Below, in pieces: positions 12,501-26,609 of a DNA stretch of 64,000 bases. How positions within the stretch are numbered: the stretch's first letter is position 1; each line of letters opens with the position of its first letter. Position numbers and translations under genes: made by a program. The stretch spans positions 67,084,001 to 67,148,000 of the forward strand of contig OX597824.1 in assembly GCA_951406725.2 (NCBI GenBank), given 5' to 3'. Below the pieces are notes generated by a model. That model had not been told where the DNA came from. It saw nothing but the letters and a program-made list of their open reading frames with translations, and ran no database searches. The DNA comes from Octopus vulgaris (taxonomy: Eukaryota).

Positions 12501-12602
12501 TGTTAAACTATTTCCATTCAACTGTGAAGAATCAAAACTGTAATTCAGCAAACTGATTCCGATTTTACTCATATTCAGTTTCAGCCATCACCCAAGTCTT
12601 AC

Positions 12603-12619
12603 GTTGACTGACTGGACAT
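12603..12619 (-). CDS. Putative start-codon segment (MSSQS-T) of a 118-nt exon, 12603-12720, of an unidentified minus-strand gene
   Basis: Strong acceptor CTAATGCATTTTTTTTTTAG at 12721 and donor AAC|GTAAGA. ATG at 12619 leaves phase 2, matching exon 9107-9158. Confidence 0.55.
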
Positions 12620-15600
12620 CAGCAATGTACAAATATCTCAAATGTAAATAGATACTCCTCATAATATCATTCCATTTGTGTGGACACTAATTATTAGTAT
12701 GATGTTCAAATGAGTTAAATCTAAAAAAAAAATGCATTAGGCATGTCTAGATTAAGTATTCAAATGAATCAAATTACATTATTTTGTTTCTAGAAATAAA
12801 TCTTGTGATGGTGTCTATATATTTTCAATATGTCTCTGTATACTTTACATATTTTATTTTTATAATGTTCCCCTTAGAGTCAAACACTGTGTGATGGGAA
12901 TCAAAATAGAAATATATGCATATGTATTTTGTTCTTATAGAGTTTCCCATAAAGCCAAACACTTTATGATGATGGGGTGGGGTGGGGGAGAGCAGATGTG
13001 TTGTTGAAGACTAAGTGAAACCAGGTTTATCTGAAAAGTAAACAAGTCCATGATCATTCTAAAGTTTGTGAGGATGTATGGCCTAGTAGTTAGGGTGTTG
13101 TACTCATAAGTGTAAGTTTGTGGGTTCAATTCCCAGATCAGATGCTGTGTTGTGTTCTGTGATGAACTGGCACCCATGCAGAGTGGAGGAGTATTGAACC
13201 CCCTTGAAAGGAAAAACTGTAACTTAATGTAACTGAAAGGAAAAACTGTAACTTAATGAGGATAGTGAGGTACCCTATTCAAAAAGTTTCATTCTTTTAG
13301 CAGATTGAAACCACTCAACAACTGATCATCTTCTTCTCTATTGCTCTCCTCAAATAATTTGTGCACTTCTGAAAAAGAAATTTTCAGTTGAAATGGTATA
13401 CCACTGGACTTAGTTCCTGCTTTCATCATTTCTTTGAGGCCTGTTTTTCCATGCTAGTGGGGTCCTGCAGTCAGTCATCTCCTCTCCCTTTCTTTATTCC
13501 ACAAGTTTTGAAAGTATAAAGCAACCAGTCATAATATCAATTAGGAATGTCAATATTGGTGCCACTTCACTCGAACAGTGACAACATGGGAGGTAAACAT
13601 GCACACGTATATATTTCTTTTATTCACATACTGGCTCAATCAATACACTGCCTTTAGCCAATTTTCATCTAGGCAGCTATCACATCCCTGCTCTTAAAAC
13701 TGGAGTTTAGGTACAAATTTAGCCAGAGTACTAATTGTATATACCTATTATCTTATTACTCACAATTAGTATATATAGCCACACACACATACACACAAAA
13801 ACTGGTACTCCGTTGGTTGATTACGACAAAGGTTCCAGTTGATCTGATCAATAGAACAGCCTGTTCATGAAATTTATGAGCAAGTGGCTGAGTGCCCCAC
13901 AGATACATGTACACTAAATATAGTTCTCAGTGAGATTCAGTGTGACACAGAATGTGACAAAGCTGGCTCTTTGAATTACAGGTAAAAACTCATTTTTGCT
14001 AGCTGAGTGGACCGAAGCAACTGAAATAAAGTATCTTGCTCAAGAACACAATGTATTGCTGGGTATCAAAGTCATAACTTTACGATCATAAGCTGAATAC
14101 TGCTAACCACTAGGCCACATGCCTTCACAATACATGTGCGCACACACATGATGGACTCCCTGTGGTTTCTCTTTACCAAATCCCTTCAGATGGCATTGGT
14201 CAGCCCATAGCAATAATAGAAAATACTTACACAAGGTACAGCCATGCACAAGCTTCTATATAAAGCCATGCCCATTTAAAATTATTTAATTTCAACCCTC
14301 TACTGTCTTAGTTCTAATCACTTTTATTCTCTGTCTTTCATGTATCTGGGCTTTGTAAAATAAGTACCAACAGTGAGTGATGCCATCGACTGTACTGTTA
14401 TCTACAAGTTTGTGGCACTGTGCCAATTTCAGAAATCATTATTATAACAGACAGAAAAATAAAAGTTGTCTCTTTCGATTATCTTTCATTTATCTTCACA
14501 TATTATAGAGACTTAATAGAGATATGAGCAAAAACCTATTTACAGCTTCAACTTCTCTCAAATTGAATTTTAATTATGATTTCATACATTGAAATAAAGC
14601 CAGCAATTTGTATTGAAAGAAATATTTTGGGTGGAAGGCTTTATTCAGCTGTCTGGTTTAACATCGATAACTGGCTCTTGGGTATCTTTGGTAGAGTTCA
14701 CAAATTGTAGAAATATGGACTATGACTTTGGTTTGAAGTTTCTCCCCCACTATTTGAAGCTCTATAATGAGTCATGGGGGTTGCCCTACTTCTTGTGACT
14801 AAGCTGGCACCCACCACCAGAATCAGAAACATACATTCATAATCATGTATATATATCTATTTGTGAGTGCTTTTGTGTTTGTCCCCACTCCTAAATAACT
14901 GGTATTGGATTGGTTATGCTCCTGTAACTTAGCAGTACAGCACCAGACTTTAAAAAATAAGTACTGGGATCGATTTGTTCAACTAAATTTTCAAGGTGGT
15001 GCCCCAGAATGGCTGCAGTTTAATGACTGAAACAAGTAGAAGATATATATATATATTAATTGTGACTATGTGGTTAAGAGGTTTGCTTCCCAAGCAAAGA
15101 GTTTCAGAGTCAGTCTGACTACATGACAACTTAAGTAAGTATCTTGTACTATAGTCCTGTGTTAACTAAAGCTTTATGAGCAGATTTAGTTGATGAAAAC
15201 AGAAAAAAAACATGTTGCATGTTTGTGTGTGTATTTATACACACACGCATGAATGTACATAAGTATATGTGCATGCATTTGTGTGAATGTTTGCATCACC
15301 TTTTCTTAACACCATGTTAAGCATTTAAATTAATTTCACTATCCTACAAGCAGTGTCAATTGTTTCTAATAATCTATAAAAACATGTCTGTTCATAGGGA
15401 AATATCAACTTGCTTGGAAACAGGTTAGGGTTGGTGAGAGAGAGAGCATCCAGCTGTAGAAAATCTGCAATAAATTCCATCTGACCAATGCAAGCATGAA
15501 AAAGTAGACATTTAAATGATGATGAAATTCATGAAGAGTTAACTCATACTTTTGTCATTCTAATACTCAATAAAATATATACCAGTAATATAACGTTGGC

Positions 15601-17191
15601 TCAATCCAACGTTCCTTAGCCTTGTGCTTTAATTAGTGAAGGAGCCTTTAGGTGGTCACACAACTTGCTACACATAGCAACCAAATTACCTTCAAACTAT
15701 ACCTTACCATCTATAGTTCATGATGCAATCTCAGAAATCAAAAAGCTAATATGAGATGGTAATAGAGATTTTTTATTACAGTTCTGCTTGACCAAAGCTG
15801 ACCTAATTTAAACAACAACAGTTAATATGGGATTTATACAAAACTGCTGCAATGTTTTTTATAGATGAGAGTGCTTTAGTCATTTGAAACACCACAGAAT
15901 ATTACAGGTATTTATAGAACTGCAGTGTGGGCAGCAGTGGAATTTGAATGGAGAATGGAAAGGAACAAGTAATTTAGTCTAACATTCACTCTATTGACTC
16001 CAATATCTTCATGGCTTTGTTGAACCCCCATCTTTAGCCTCTCTTGGTTAGACAGAAGAACTTATGTTTCTAGTAGGAGAGATACATAATGTTGCTGCAG
16101 GAATTCTTTCCTCATTGATATTAACACCAGAAATGAAGTGAACCGGTTTTAACTTGAGGTTGTAAACAATGATTTCTGTAGTGACTATTCTATCTTATTT
16201 GCAGATGTAGTACATCTAGGATCATGCTACCGTGTGTGTCCTTCCTTTCTTAAAATAGCAATGTGATCTGTACATTTCGATTGTTATTTCCAGCACGTTT
16301 AGCTGCCTCGAAGATTACGTCTGTCCCTGCTGTTCGCTCATCGAGAGGACAGAGTAATAGTAAAAGGGTATAGTAGTAGAGAACGAAATAATTAGAGAGA
16401 GAGACAGAAAGAGAGAGGGGAAATGGCGAAGTAGCCACAGAGAGTTGTAAGGGGAGGGAAATTAGAATATCCAGAGAGGGGATGGTAGTAAGGGGGAGGG
16501 AGAAGTAGCAAAGGTAAGTTGTAGGAGGAAGGTGGGTATATACATATTTATGTGTATACACACATACATATTTTTGTGTATACACACACACCTTCCTCCA
16601 ATAACTTATGTTAGGGAAAGAGAGGGAGAAAGAAAGAACGAAAATATTTGCGGTGAAAATAGTTACAAAGAGAGGTGGAGGAGGGAATATAAACAAAAAC
16701 TGTAGGATGAATGAAATATAAACAGTGTGTGTGTGTGTGTGTGTGTGTGCAGGAGCAGCAAAATAACTAATTGAATACTGTTGCTCGGTAATCAATGAAC
16801 ATGATCATTTGTCAACACTCACTTGCCAACAATCGATCACAGGATCAGAGAGAGGAAGGAAGAAAACAGTGGAAAGATAGAGAGAGTGAGGGGGTGGTGG
16901 ATATGGTAGAAACACGGACAAGAGTAGTTTCAAAATACAGCAGCAGTGTGTGTGTATATATATACTCTGCCAACGTCAATGTATGAGCGCGTGCGTTTGT
17001 GTAATTTGTTTTATTTGCGCGCAGTGGCACACGGAAGACGCACGGCGAGGGAGCGAGAAACAGCAATTAAGTGTCTTCTGTGCGTGCGACACACGCAAAT
17101 AAATACGCAACAGCACGCAGAGATTGGACTGGAATCTGCTGCTGTTATTCTGAAACTAGTCTTTTCGAAATCCCCTCTCTTTGTCTCTTAC

Positions 17192-17339
17192 TGACACCTT
17201 TGATTTCCTCTCTCTCTCTTTCTCTTCTTCTTCTTCACACACACACACGCTCGCTTGCGCGCACATACACATGTTGTTATGTGTACTTGTCTCCGAAGAA
17301 TAAACAAGATAACCTCGAACAAGTGAATGCCAAACTCCT

Positions 17340-17340
<1 letters not shown>
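17192..17340 (-). other. Possible non-coding first exon of the minus-strand gene
   Basis: TCA|GTAAGA donor at 17192/17191 at the edge of the CpG-rich zone. The 5' border is a guess. Confidence 0.3.
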
Positions 17341-17386
<46 letters not shown>

Positions 17387-19265
17387 GTATGTGTGTGTTG
17401 CGAGAGAAAGAGAGAGAGAGAGATAAGTATGGAGCAAGGTTTGCGGGGCCGCGAAGTGAAGTGGTTGTATTAATGACGTATGGTGGGGAAGGAGCAATAT
17501 CTGGGAATAATAATAATTCAGCTCGAAATAAACCATTTTTATAGAATTTTGCTATAGAAATTGTATGCATGAATAAATCTACAACTGAGAGAGAGAAGAA
17601 AGAGAGGGGGAACTATAGTAAATTAACGAAAAGAGAGGCAGTGAGGAGACGCAACACTTAACTATAAACTGCATAACCATCGATAGTCGCGCGCGCACAG
17701 CCGACCACTCTCGGTAGAGTTACGTATGAAAATTGTAATAGCAATAATAAAAGTATTATGTTACAGATAGCTTTTGTATTTAACCTTCCAATAGCCTATA
17801 AAAAGAAGTATCAATAATGAACGGTTATTGATTCCATTGACATATGTCCTCATTTTTGCCGTGTTTTCTATAAACAAGAATTACATCTTTCTTTATATGT
17901 TATCACTACAGTACTTGCGTTATCTTTACACACTATTCTGTTATTTTTTCACTTTGTTTTCAAGCTGTTGAGTTTTCAGCCGCTTCCATTTTTCGGTGGT
18001 GAGGTGTGATGTGGGCGAGTGTGCAAGAAAGAAAGAAGAAAAAAACAAAAACTTAATCTATATATATAAAAAAAAACACCAAGTTCTTTCTCTCTCACTC
18101 AAACACACCGATATCACAGAATAACAAAGCCAACAAGTGTCACATTTTTCTACTATTGTTAAGATTTGCCAGCAAAAAATGTTTTGACACCCAAATCAGC
18201 TCTATGGGCAAAGGTGTTCCATATTCGACTCTCCAGTCTTTTTCTCAGACACAATATTTCTCGGATATTATCCAATATGTCGTTTTTCTTAATGGTGTGA
18301 TTTAAGAGAGATTCGACTGCTATTTCTAGCATATCGAACAGCACGTAGATGCTCCCTCGCTATATTGTTTTTGATCTTCTTGCGGCATATTTTCTTCTAT
18401 ATTTTATCTAATATGCTCAAAACTGTAGTCTCTATCGATATTGTATGAATAAAATTGCATTATAGCATCGATTTCTATTAAGATCTTTTATGCTCGATAG
18501 TTTTGTTCATTTTAATTGCCCCAGTGGAATAATAATAATGTAATCGTTATTTTATTTATGTATTGTAAGTTAACCAAGCTTTTCCTCCTGTAATACGCAT
18601 CAGTTATGTAGTATACGCGGGCTTAGTGACATAAGAACTGCGAGATTAAGTGCCAGAATAGCAACAAGATTCAATATTAACCGGAGCGGGGTTTGGGAGA
18701 TTTTATCAAATATTGATTTTGCTTTTTCTTTCTTACTATGCACAAGGCTTCGGGTTTTATCTCAGACAATATATAGAATTATGTGACAGCCATATACGCC
18801 TTTCTCATGGCAACTAGTGATTTAAGAGTGAAGATAGGGTTGAAACGTTTATTCAATTAGGAAGAGTTGACAACGAAAGTGAAGGAAAGATTAAAAGTTG
18901 CTAACATTGTTTTCTCTCTCTCTTATTAACACACACACTAGCTATCTTTCTGTTTTCACATTAGCTGTGTAAGCACCACTGGGAATCGAAAGTGGGCTGT
19001 TGAACAGAACTTTTCGTTTTCTGCTTATTTTTATATCGTCATATTCGACGATATAAAATTTGAAGAGACCGGTACTTTACTTTATCGGCGTAAAGCTGTG
19101 CTCAGCATTATTTAAATACAGTACGTAAAGAGCTGTAACATATACCGCAAAGCATTTTTGTCGACGCTCTCATGATTCTGCCGACAAGAGGAAAATAAAA
19201 TTCTTTTGAATAAGTGTTGTAGCCACAGATACCTGGGAGATATAAACGGTTGCGCCGTGACGTTG

Positions 19266-19282
19266 ATGTCTAGCTTGGCTAC
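19266..19282 (+). CDS. Putative start-codon segment (MSSLA-T) of an unidentified plus-strand gene
   Basis: ATG TCT AGC TTG GCT AC|GTAAGT with a consensus donor. Phase 2 matches the exon at 20577. The frame is also open a little upstream, so the true start is uncertain. Confidence 0.5.
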
Positions 19283-20576
19283 GTAAGTTAGTCAAAAATC
19301 GAAACCTAAGTCAGGGTGAGAATTTGATTCAGGCGGCTTTATCTCTACAGTTCCACACCTGCCGAGGTCATCTTTGTCTTTCATCCCTCCGGGTCGATAA
19401 AGCAAATTGCCAATCATGTAGTGGGGGTCAATGGTATCGACGAATCTCCTCCTCTCAAAATTGCTGGCTTGTGCCAATAATTAGAAACCATTATTAATTG
19501 TTATATTAGTAGACATCGCAAATTTTGGAGGATAACACAGAGTACTGAAGGGCAAAATTATATTTTTGTAATGCATTAAGTCCGACGCACTACTGTTCTG
19601 CCGTCAAACCACCATCTTCTAGGATAGTTGCAATAACAGCTTTTCTAATAAAACACAAACATGATAGTAAAAGTACAGAGACATGGGGTATATACTGTCC
19701 TGCTTATACCTGAACGGACGGAGCTGCGCCTGGGTGGTAGAAAAGACATATGCGACGTGTATTTCATTTTTATCTATAATCCTCTTCAGGAGGGGGGGGG
19801 CACAAAAAGACGTAAAATACCCGTCTCAGTTAACCCTTTCCTTTGTATTCACCCTTGATCTTAAGAGGGTTTTGAAATAATAATAATAATTTTTGGCATA
19901 AGGCCAGCAATTTTGAAGTGAGTCGATAAAGCATCGCCCTTGGAGCTCTAACTAGTACTTATTTTATCGACCCCGAAAGGATCTGAGGTGGGATTTGAAC
20001 TCATAACGAAAAGAATAGAAAAAAAAAAGACCGCTAAGTATTTTGTCTGATGCATCAAAGATTCTGCTAGTTTGTAATATTTCATTTACTGGCCACTAGA
20101 GCAATCCTTTCTGCAATAGGCAAAAGGGGCCTAAAATTTTATGAGGGGTGGGGACAAGTCGATTAAATGACCTCCGTGCTCAACTGGTGCTTATTTCATT
20201 AACCGCGGCCGAATTTGAAATCAGAACGTAAAGTGTCGGGGGGAATACCGCAAAACATTTATTCCGACTTGGAAAAAGAATACTAATTTCATTGAAAAAA
20301 AAAAAAAAAAACCTAATTTACTATACACAGAATGAGGAATTAATATGTTTATGCCTTTCCCGAAAAAAATTATTGCGGTAAATGAAGCAAAATGTTTTGA
20401 AACGAGAATCGAAAAATGATAATACAGTGATAAAAGAAATTATGTGTGTTCTAAATTAGATCTTTCAATGAAAAAATAACAATCGATGAGGTTTTCTCCT
20501 TTATATTTAAAGGTAACGATAGAAAATGTGTTACAACTATCATTCATATTGCGATTAGTGTTGTTGTTGTTGGTAG

Positions 20577-20643
20577 ATGTGACAGTGCGGCAGCGTTCCT
20601 CTCTTCTAAACATAAAACGAAGGATCGGAAAAAAAAGCACCTG
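20577..20643 (+). CDS. Putative coding exon (T)CDSAAAFLSSKHKTKDRKKKHL
   Basis: (TTG)n GTAG acceptor and CTG|GTATAT donor. 67 nt, phase 2 in and 0 out, open frame. Confidence 0.5.
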
Positions 20644-21171
20644 GTATATTTTTTATTTATTTATTTATTTTTACACAAAGTTCATCAATTAACGAAATGA
20701 TGCAGAGCAGAATTCTGTGTAGAAAGCGGGACGACGGTCAGATATAAAATATGCAGAATGAAAGAAACAAGTGTTTATTTGCTGCTTACCCTGTAGGAGA
20801 ATGTCAGCTATGTGTCCGTGGCTCAGGTTTAAGTCTGCTACAACGAGCCTACATCAGCTCCCCGTTCGCCTTAGCAGAAGTCACATTGCTTCAACTTATT
20901 TACTAACAAGTGAGGAAAGCGACCGAATCAAGGGGCATAACTCACACTAATAAAACTGCCGCAACAGGCAACAGAATTAAAGACACTAATAGATTCCTAT
21001 CTATCTATCCATCCATCTATCTATACAAAAGTAATATAACACGATCAAAATAATTGTAAATGACAAAGATATTAAGTAAAATTAATTTCCGTCGATGTCG
21101 ACGATGAGTATTTAGTTGCTCGATCAACTGAGAACTACCGGCTTATTATTACATTAGCGTGATAAACGAGT

Positions 21172-21320
21172 TAATTGTGGGTAACCTGCAGCTCGCAGGA
21201 CTTTCTAAATAGTATACCTAAGGAAAAATTACCTCGAAGTGTTTTTTGTAGTGCGGCCTGCATGACAATGAGTTAATATCTCATGCGGTCCGCTTCCCGA
21301 AAAAGGTTGCCCATGCTTGG
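21172..21320. mobile_element. Degenerate hAT (Charlie-like) MITE
   Basis: Ends TGGGTAACCTGCAGCTCGC ... AAAAGGTTGCCCATGCTTG are inverted, with internal GCGGYCYGC motifs typical of hAT subtermini. Confidence 0.55.
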
Positions 21321-22734
21321 TATAAATGGCTAAATATACGACAGATACATGTATCATTAACGTAATTCTTAACGGGGATCAACAAGACTGGAGACCCATC
21401 CAACGGGCTCCTATCAATATCATTTCTGTTATAATTGCCCAACACGCCACTCAATGAAATCGAAACTTGGACCTTGTAATTATGGAACAGATTGCTTAAC
21501 CATTTGACCATGCTGCGCCCATGGAAATAAATATGCAAAATATAAAGGATTTATAATTCGTATATATTGATACATTCATGGTGTGATTAAAAAAAAACTA
21601 TATAATAACAGCTCGTAAAAATAAAAAAAAACATTAAATGCCAAATTTGAATTCATGTTGTATATAAATATTGATTTATAGCAAAAATATGAGACAAAAA
21701 AATGATGGAAGGGTATAGTCGTTTAAATGAATGCCGGTTTTTGATTATTACTTTAATATTGAAGTAGTAGCCCTCATTTTTAACGTTGTAGGACAAGAGA
21801 TTGTTATTAATTATGGTTAAACATGTATTGTAAAACAGATGGGTTATAAAACATTTGTGTGTCCGTTTATAACGGTGTGTTCACAATAAAAAAAAATAAT
21901 AATAAACGCCGTTAAGACAAAGCAAAAAGAAAAATATTGCAAAAGCTGATCAAAACGGAATACATGAACATAAGTATTGATTTCTAAAGCACGAAAAGAA
22001 AACCTACAATACTTCACTGTTACTTTAATGTTAACGTGGTAACTAAAACGTTTCATGTCATGAGCCAAGTGGGAGGTGACATTCTAATTTAATATGAGGA
22101 AAAAAAAAAAAATAAAATAAGGGAGACAACCCTAGAATTTAAATTATCTTATCTTTTATGCCTCAGTAGACTGCGGCCATGCTGGGGCACCACCTTTAAG
22201 TATTTTTTTTTAGTCGAACGAATCGATTCGATCCCTGTACTTATTTTTAAACTCTGGTATTTATTCTATTAGTTTCTTTTATTAAGCTGCAAAGCTACGA
22301 GGGCGTAAACACACCAACACCGGCTGTCAAGCGGTGGTGGGGACAAATACAAATACACACACGCACATGTATATATACGACGGGCGTCTTTCAGTTTCCG
22401 TCTACCAAATCCACTCGCAAGGCTTTGGTCGGCCTGAAGCTCTAGTACAAGACACTTGCGCAAGGTGCCATGCAGTAGGACTGAACTTGAAACTATGTGG
22501 TTTGGAAGCAAGCTTCTTACCACACAGCCAGAGGGAGTGAATCTGGTTTTAAACAGTATGGAAAGGCAATAGTAATTTATTGCTGTCACATCCGTCACTT
22601 GCAGACGTTTGGAATAGCTATCACAACTCATAGAGAAGGAAAAAGACAAGGAACTTTTGTCCAAAGCATTTATTATTTTAAATTTTTGCTCTTCAATTCA
22701 ATACCCTTTTCCAGCAAGTGTTTTCCTATTACAG

Positions 22735-22783
22735 CTGCCTCTTGAGACAGGTACACTAGCAGAAGTTTACCAGATAAGTCCAG
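22735..22783 (+). CDS. Putative coding exon LPLETGTLAEVYQISP
   Basis: TTTTCCTATTACAG acceptor and CAG|GTTTGT donor; 49 nt, phase 0 in and 1 out. An alternative parse, 22715-22750 (QVFSYYSCLLRQ), is also possible. Confidence 0.45.
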
Positions 22784-23970
22784 GTTTGTTTTAGCCTTAT
22801 GAGATCTTATCAGTGAAACTTTGTCTAATCATTCTTGCCAGATCTTAGCAAAGTACATCAGATTTTCATTAATGAATACAGATAAGTGTGATAACTAAAT
22901 AGCATGATTAGTGAAAAGCAGGCATTCCATGGTATTTTTTCCTAGTCATTCTGTTACTTAAAACATTTGTGTGTTTTTAACTCAGAACATAAAAGGAATT
23001 TTTTAAAATACCAGAAGGTATTTTGCCCACCTCTTTCAGTATTAGTTCTACCATTCACCACCAACAATGTTACATATTTTAACTGTATTATATGTATTAC
23101 AATGAAAATCAAAAATTATTGTTGTTGTTCAACGGCAGAAAGTTTGCATAATTATTAGAATATCAGAGAAAAATGCCTTTGCCTTGCGTCCATTCAGGGA
23201 TGATAAAATAAAACACCAGTCAAGTACTGGAGTCAATGTCATTGACCAAACCCCAGTCCTCTTGAGATTGCTGGCTTTGTGCCTAAAAATTAGAAACCAT
23301 TCAAAGCAGTGAGCTGGCAGAATTGTTAGTGTTGGATGCATTTGTTCCAGTTCTTTACAATCTGGTTTCAAATCCCACTGTGGTTAACTTTGTCTTTCCT
23401 CCCTTCAGGGTAAAAAAAGAAAAATAACTGTCAAGTCTGCTTCCCTCAGAATTACTTGCTTCGTGCCTATGTTAGAAACCATTAAAAAATCAGAAACAGT
23501 TACTATTTATCTTATAATAATTCTACTTATCATTGCATTACTTAGCCTGTCAGTATCGCTTTCGCAAGATTAGAGAAAAAGATGGAGAAAGAAAAGAAGG
23601 AGTGAGAAAAAGAGGAAGGGAGAAATAAGGAGGGAGAAGTGTCCATGACATGAGGTAGAGGGAATGTAATTATAACGCTTCCATATGATTAGTTGAAGGG
23701 AAAGAGAGGAGAATGAAAAAGGAGAGAGAAAAAGAGGATAAGATGACAAGTAAGACAGAAAGATGGAGAGAGAAAAAGAGGGGAGAGAAAAGCGTCAATG
23801 ATGTGAGGTAGGGGAAATGTAATAATTTTAGCAGACGGGTGATGTTCTGATGGTGAGGTTAAAGGAAGGCAGAGAGGGAGAAGAGAGAGAGAGAGATGGT
23901 GATGGTGGTGGTGGTGATTGGATAGTGAAAAATGTTTTTTTTTTAATTGCACTAAGGATTATTATTATTA

Positions 23971-24037
<67 letters not shown>

Positions 24038-25504
24038 CATTATTATTATTATTATTATTGAGCTGGCAGAAATTTTAGCACACCAAACAAAATGCTTAGC
24101 AGTATTTCATCTGTCTTCACGTTCAGAGTTCAAATTCCACAGAGATCAACTTTGCCTTTCATCCTTTTGGGGTTGATAAAATAAATATCAGCTGAACTCT
24201 AGGGCTGAAATAAATAACAATCTCCCTCCCCAAAATTCCAGGACTTGTGCCTTTGGTAGAAAAGATTATCACTATTAAAAGAAATCATAAAATAAATCAT
24301 TATTATCGTTAATTACTGTGGAGCCAAGTAAACATATGTTTGCAACTCACTCTGTAAAACAGCATTTTATGACTTGAAATAGATATTTTAATCAAAAATA
24401 CTCACTTGCAAAAAATTTGTTACAGATTTTTCTTTTATTAGCTTCTTACAGGGGCTGACAAAATGAAAAATAAGGTTGCACTTTATTTTTAGACAAAATT
24501 ATTTTTTCCTCTAACATCACCAGAAAAAAAAAAGGCCATAAATGTTTGATGCCACACCCACAAAAAGGCTATAAAATTGCCAAAGTGAAAGGTTCAAAAG
24601 TGTGACATTTTATTCCATGTCAAACATTGTAATATATTGGCAATTACTAGTGTAAAGAGAAAACAATTGTGTTGTATTTTCTGCTTTCAAAAAGTTGTGG
24701 AATTTGCAGAAGTTAATAGTAACAGAGCTGCTGAAAGAGAGAGAGAGGGAGAGAGAGAGAGAGAGAGAGTTTTTAGTATCAGAGGAATTTATGAGACATC
24801 AGAGAAAGCAAGGCAAATCTTTATTAGAAATGCCAAACACAAAGATGGCATGTCGACGGAAGCTGGCTCTATATCCAGAAATGGAAAAGGAACTCTTAGA
24901 CAGGGTCACTGACCGGAGGAGTGGGTGTTACATGGAACAAATAAGATCAAATGCTGCCAAGATGTCTCTTAATCAATTATTTAAAGCTTCTAATGGATAG
25001 ATCCATTGTTTTTTTTTGGTGAGACATGGGCTTAGTCTTTGACAATAAACCAAGATATCCCAGAAACTATGATGTGACTTAAAATATTCTTTCTAAATTT
25101 GGTGCAAGGCCAGCAATTTTGAGGTGGAGAGACAAACCAACTACATCGACCAGCACTCAACTGATACATATTTTACCAACTCTAAAAGGATGAAAAGCAA
25201 AGTTGACCTCAGCAGGATGTAACGTAGAAAAATAAAATTCATTTCATTTCACAGTTTTATTTTGAACCAAAGAAAAAAACAGTATGATCTTTGATTTGGA
25301 CATATAGGGAAATATAGATGAAACTTCTATGTTTTTTTTTTTGTTTTTTTTTTATAATCACCTTGGAAATTGAACAGCTGACATCAAAGGAAGGAAAACT
25401 ATTTATTTAAATACAATGGACTTGAAAGAATACATTTTGCTGTAGTATTTCTAAGTACCTGATGGTACTGATGGAATAAATCTAAAACCAGTGATGAGAT
25501 TTGA

Positions 25505-25727
25505 CCCTTCAGCATCTAAACCAGTCATATCCAGCCAAAATATTCTACTTTTTTTTTGTTTTTTTGTTTAAACTGGCCAGATTTGGCCTTTGCATCTTCC
25601 CTACAATATCATTGTAAAAATAAATAATCACATCATTGAAATCTCAAAGCTATAAGATAATGCATAATTCTAAACAATATCAGTTCATAGGCATTACATT
25701 TGACAGAATAATCTGAATGCTAAAGAG
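25505..25727. mobile_element. piggyBac-type MITE (second family; inverted relative at ~63445-63652)
   Basis: TTGA/TTAA flanks and TIRs CCCTTCAGCAT / ATGCTAAAGAG. It splits the pogo coding remnant. Confidence 0.75.
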
Positions 25728-25827
25728 TTAAAAGGGAAAGGATTGCCAAAAGGAGATAAACTGCCAACTGGAATTTCGTTACACTGAGATGGTGAAGATG
25801 GTATTACACTGTGGTTAAACCAAATAG

Positions 25828-26162
25828 TGAAGGTGCATGGCTCAGTTGTTAGAGCGTTGAGCTTACGATCATGAGGTTGTGAGTTCGAATCCTGGACCAG
25901 GCTGCATGATGTGTTCTTGAGCAAGACACTTTATTTCATGTTGCTCCAGTTCACTCAACTGTAGAATTGAGTTATGACGTCACCGGTGCCAAGCTGTATC
26001 TGCCTTTGCCTTTTCCTTAGATAACACTGGTGGCGTGGAGAAGGGTGACTGGTATGCATGGGTAGCTGCTGGTCTTCCATAAACAACCTTGCCTGGACTT
26101 GTGCCTGGGAGGGTAACTTTCTAGGTGCAATCCCACGGCCAGTCATGACTGAAGGGGATCTC
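25828..26162 (+). mobile_element. tRNA-derived SINE
   Basis: A box TGGCTCAGTTGTT and B box GAGTTCGAATCC, then GTGTTCTTGAGCAAGACACTT. Matches 3172-3498. Confidence 0.85.
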
Positions 26163-26609
26163 AATAAACCAAATATGAAATAAATGACCAGAAGCCATTC
26201 CAAAGATGAAATCCCAATCTGTATGGCACCAGTTCTGTGTACACTAGGCAGAGAAAATGAAAAAGAGTTTAAAGTTGCTATGATACCAACTGGCTTCATA
26301 TCTTAGCTACACCATTTAGTGCTATATAATGATGGGATATATCAAATGTGAATGACCTTAATATAAACAGGCCAGATGGAACTAACCAAATATTGGCAAC
26401 CTCCAGGAGCTAATCTTTTCTCGTATAAAGCTGTGTGTAAAGAATGCCTGGAATGATATTCTAGTTGAGATGATAAAAAGTTTCCTGAAGACAGGAATAT
26501 CAAGGAACAAGGATGAAACAGAAGACGACCGTATGTAGAGTGATGGCCAAAACTAATTAAAGTGCAAGAAGATAAAACAAATGAAATACTGATACTATGG
26601 GATGCAGAA

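Larger units (their letters stand above)
16950..22450. promoter_or_regulatory. CpG-rich (putatively unmethylated) region containing a probable bidirectional promoter
   Basis: CpG is visibly frequent here and depleted in the flanks. The SINE copy at 22150-22530 retains CpGs that are TpG/CpA in copies at ~9720, ~11390 and ~62620. Candidate first exons diverge from this region. Confidence 0.55.
24640..26600 (+). pseudogene. Fragmented pogo/Tigger-family transposase (HTH + DDE), interrupted by SINEs and a piggyBac MITE
   Basis: Remnant motifs in order: KVVEFAEVNSNRAAER, YPEMEKEL, FKASNG, RHGLSL..TKISQKL, IGNIDET, AMIPTG, VKNAWNDILVEMIKSFLKTGISRNKDETEDD. Many stops and frameshifts. Confidence 0.85.

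Noticed and set aside
13272-13368. Minus-strand acceptor followed by VHKLFEESNREEDDQLLSGFNLLKE*
   Set aside because: It ends in a stop upstream of the proposed start exon and has no good donor. It could be a transposase tail or UTR exon, but cannot be supported.
22790-22830. CTTATGA...GAAAC hammerhead-like string
   Set aside because: Core mismatch and no consistent stem I register.
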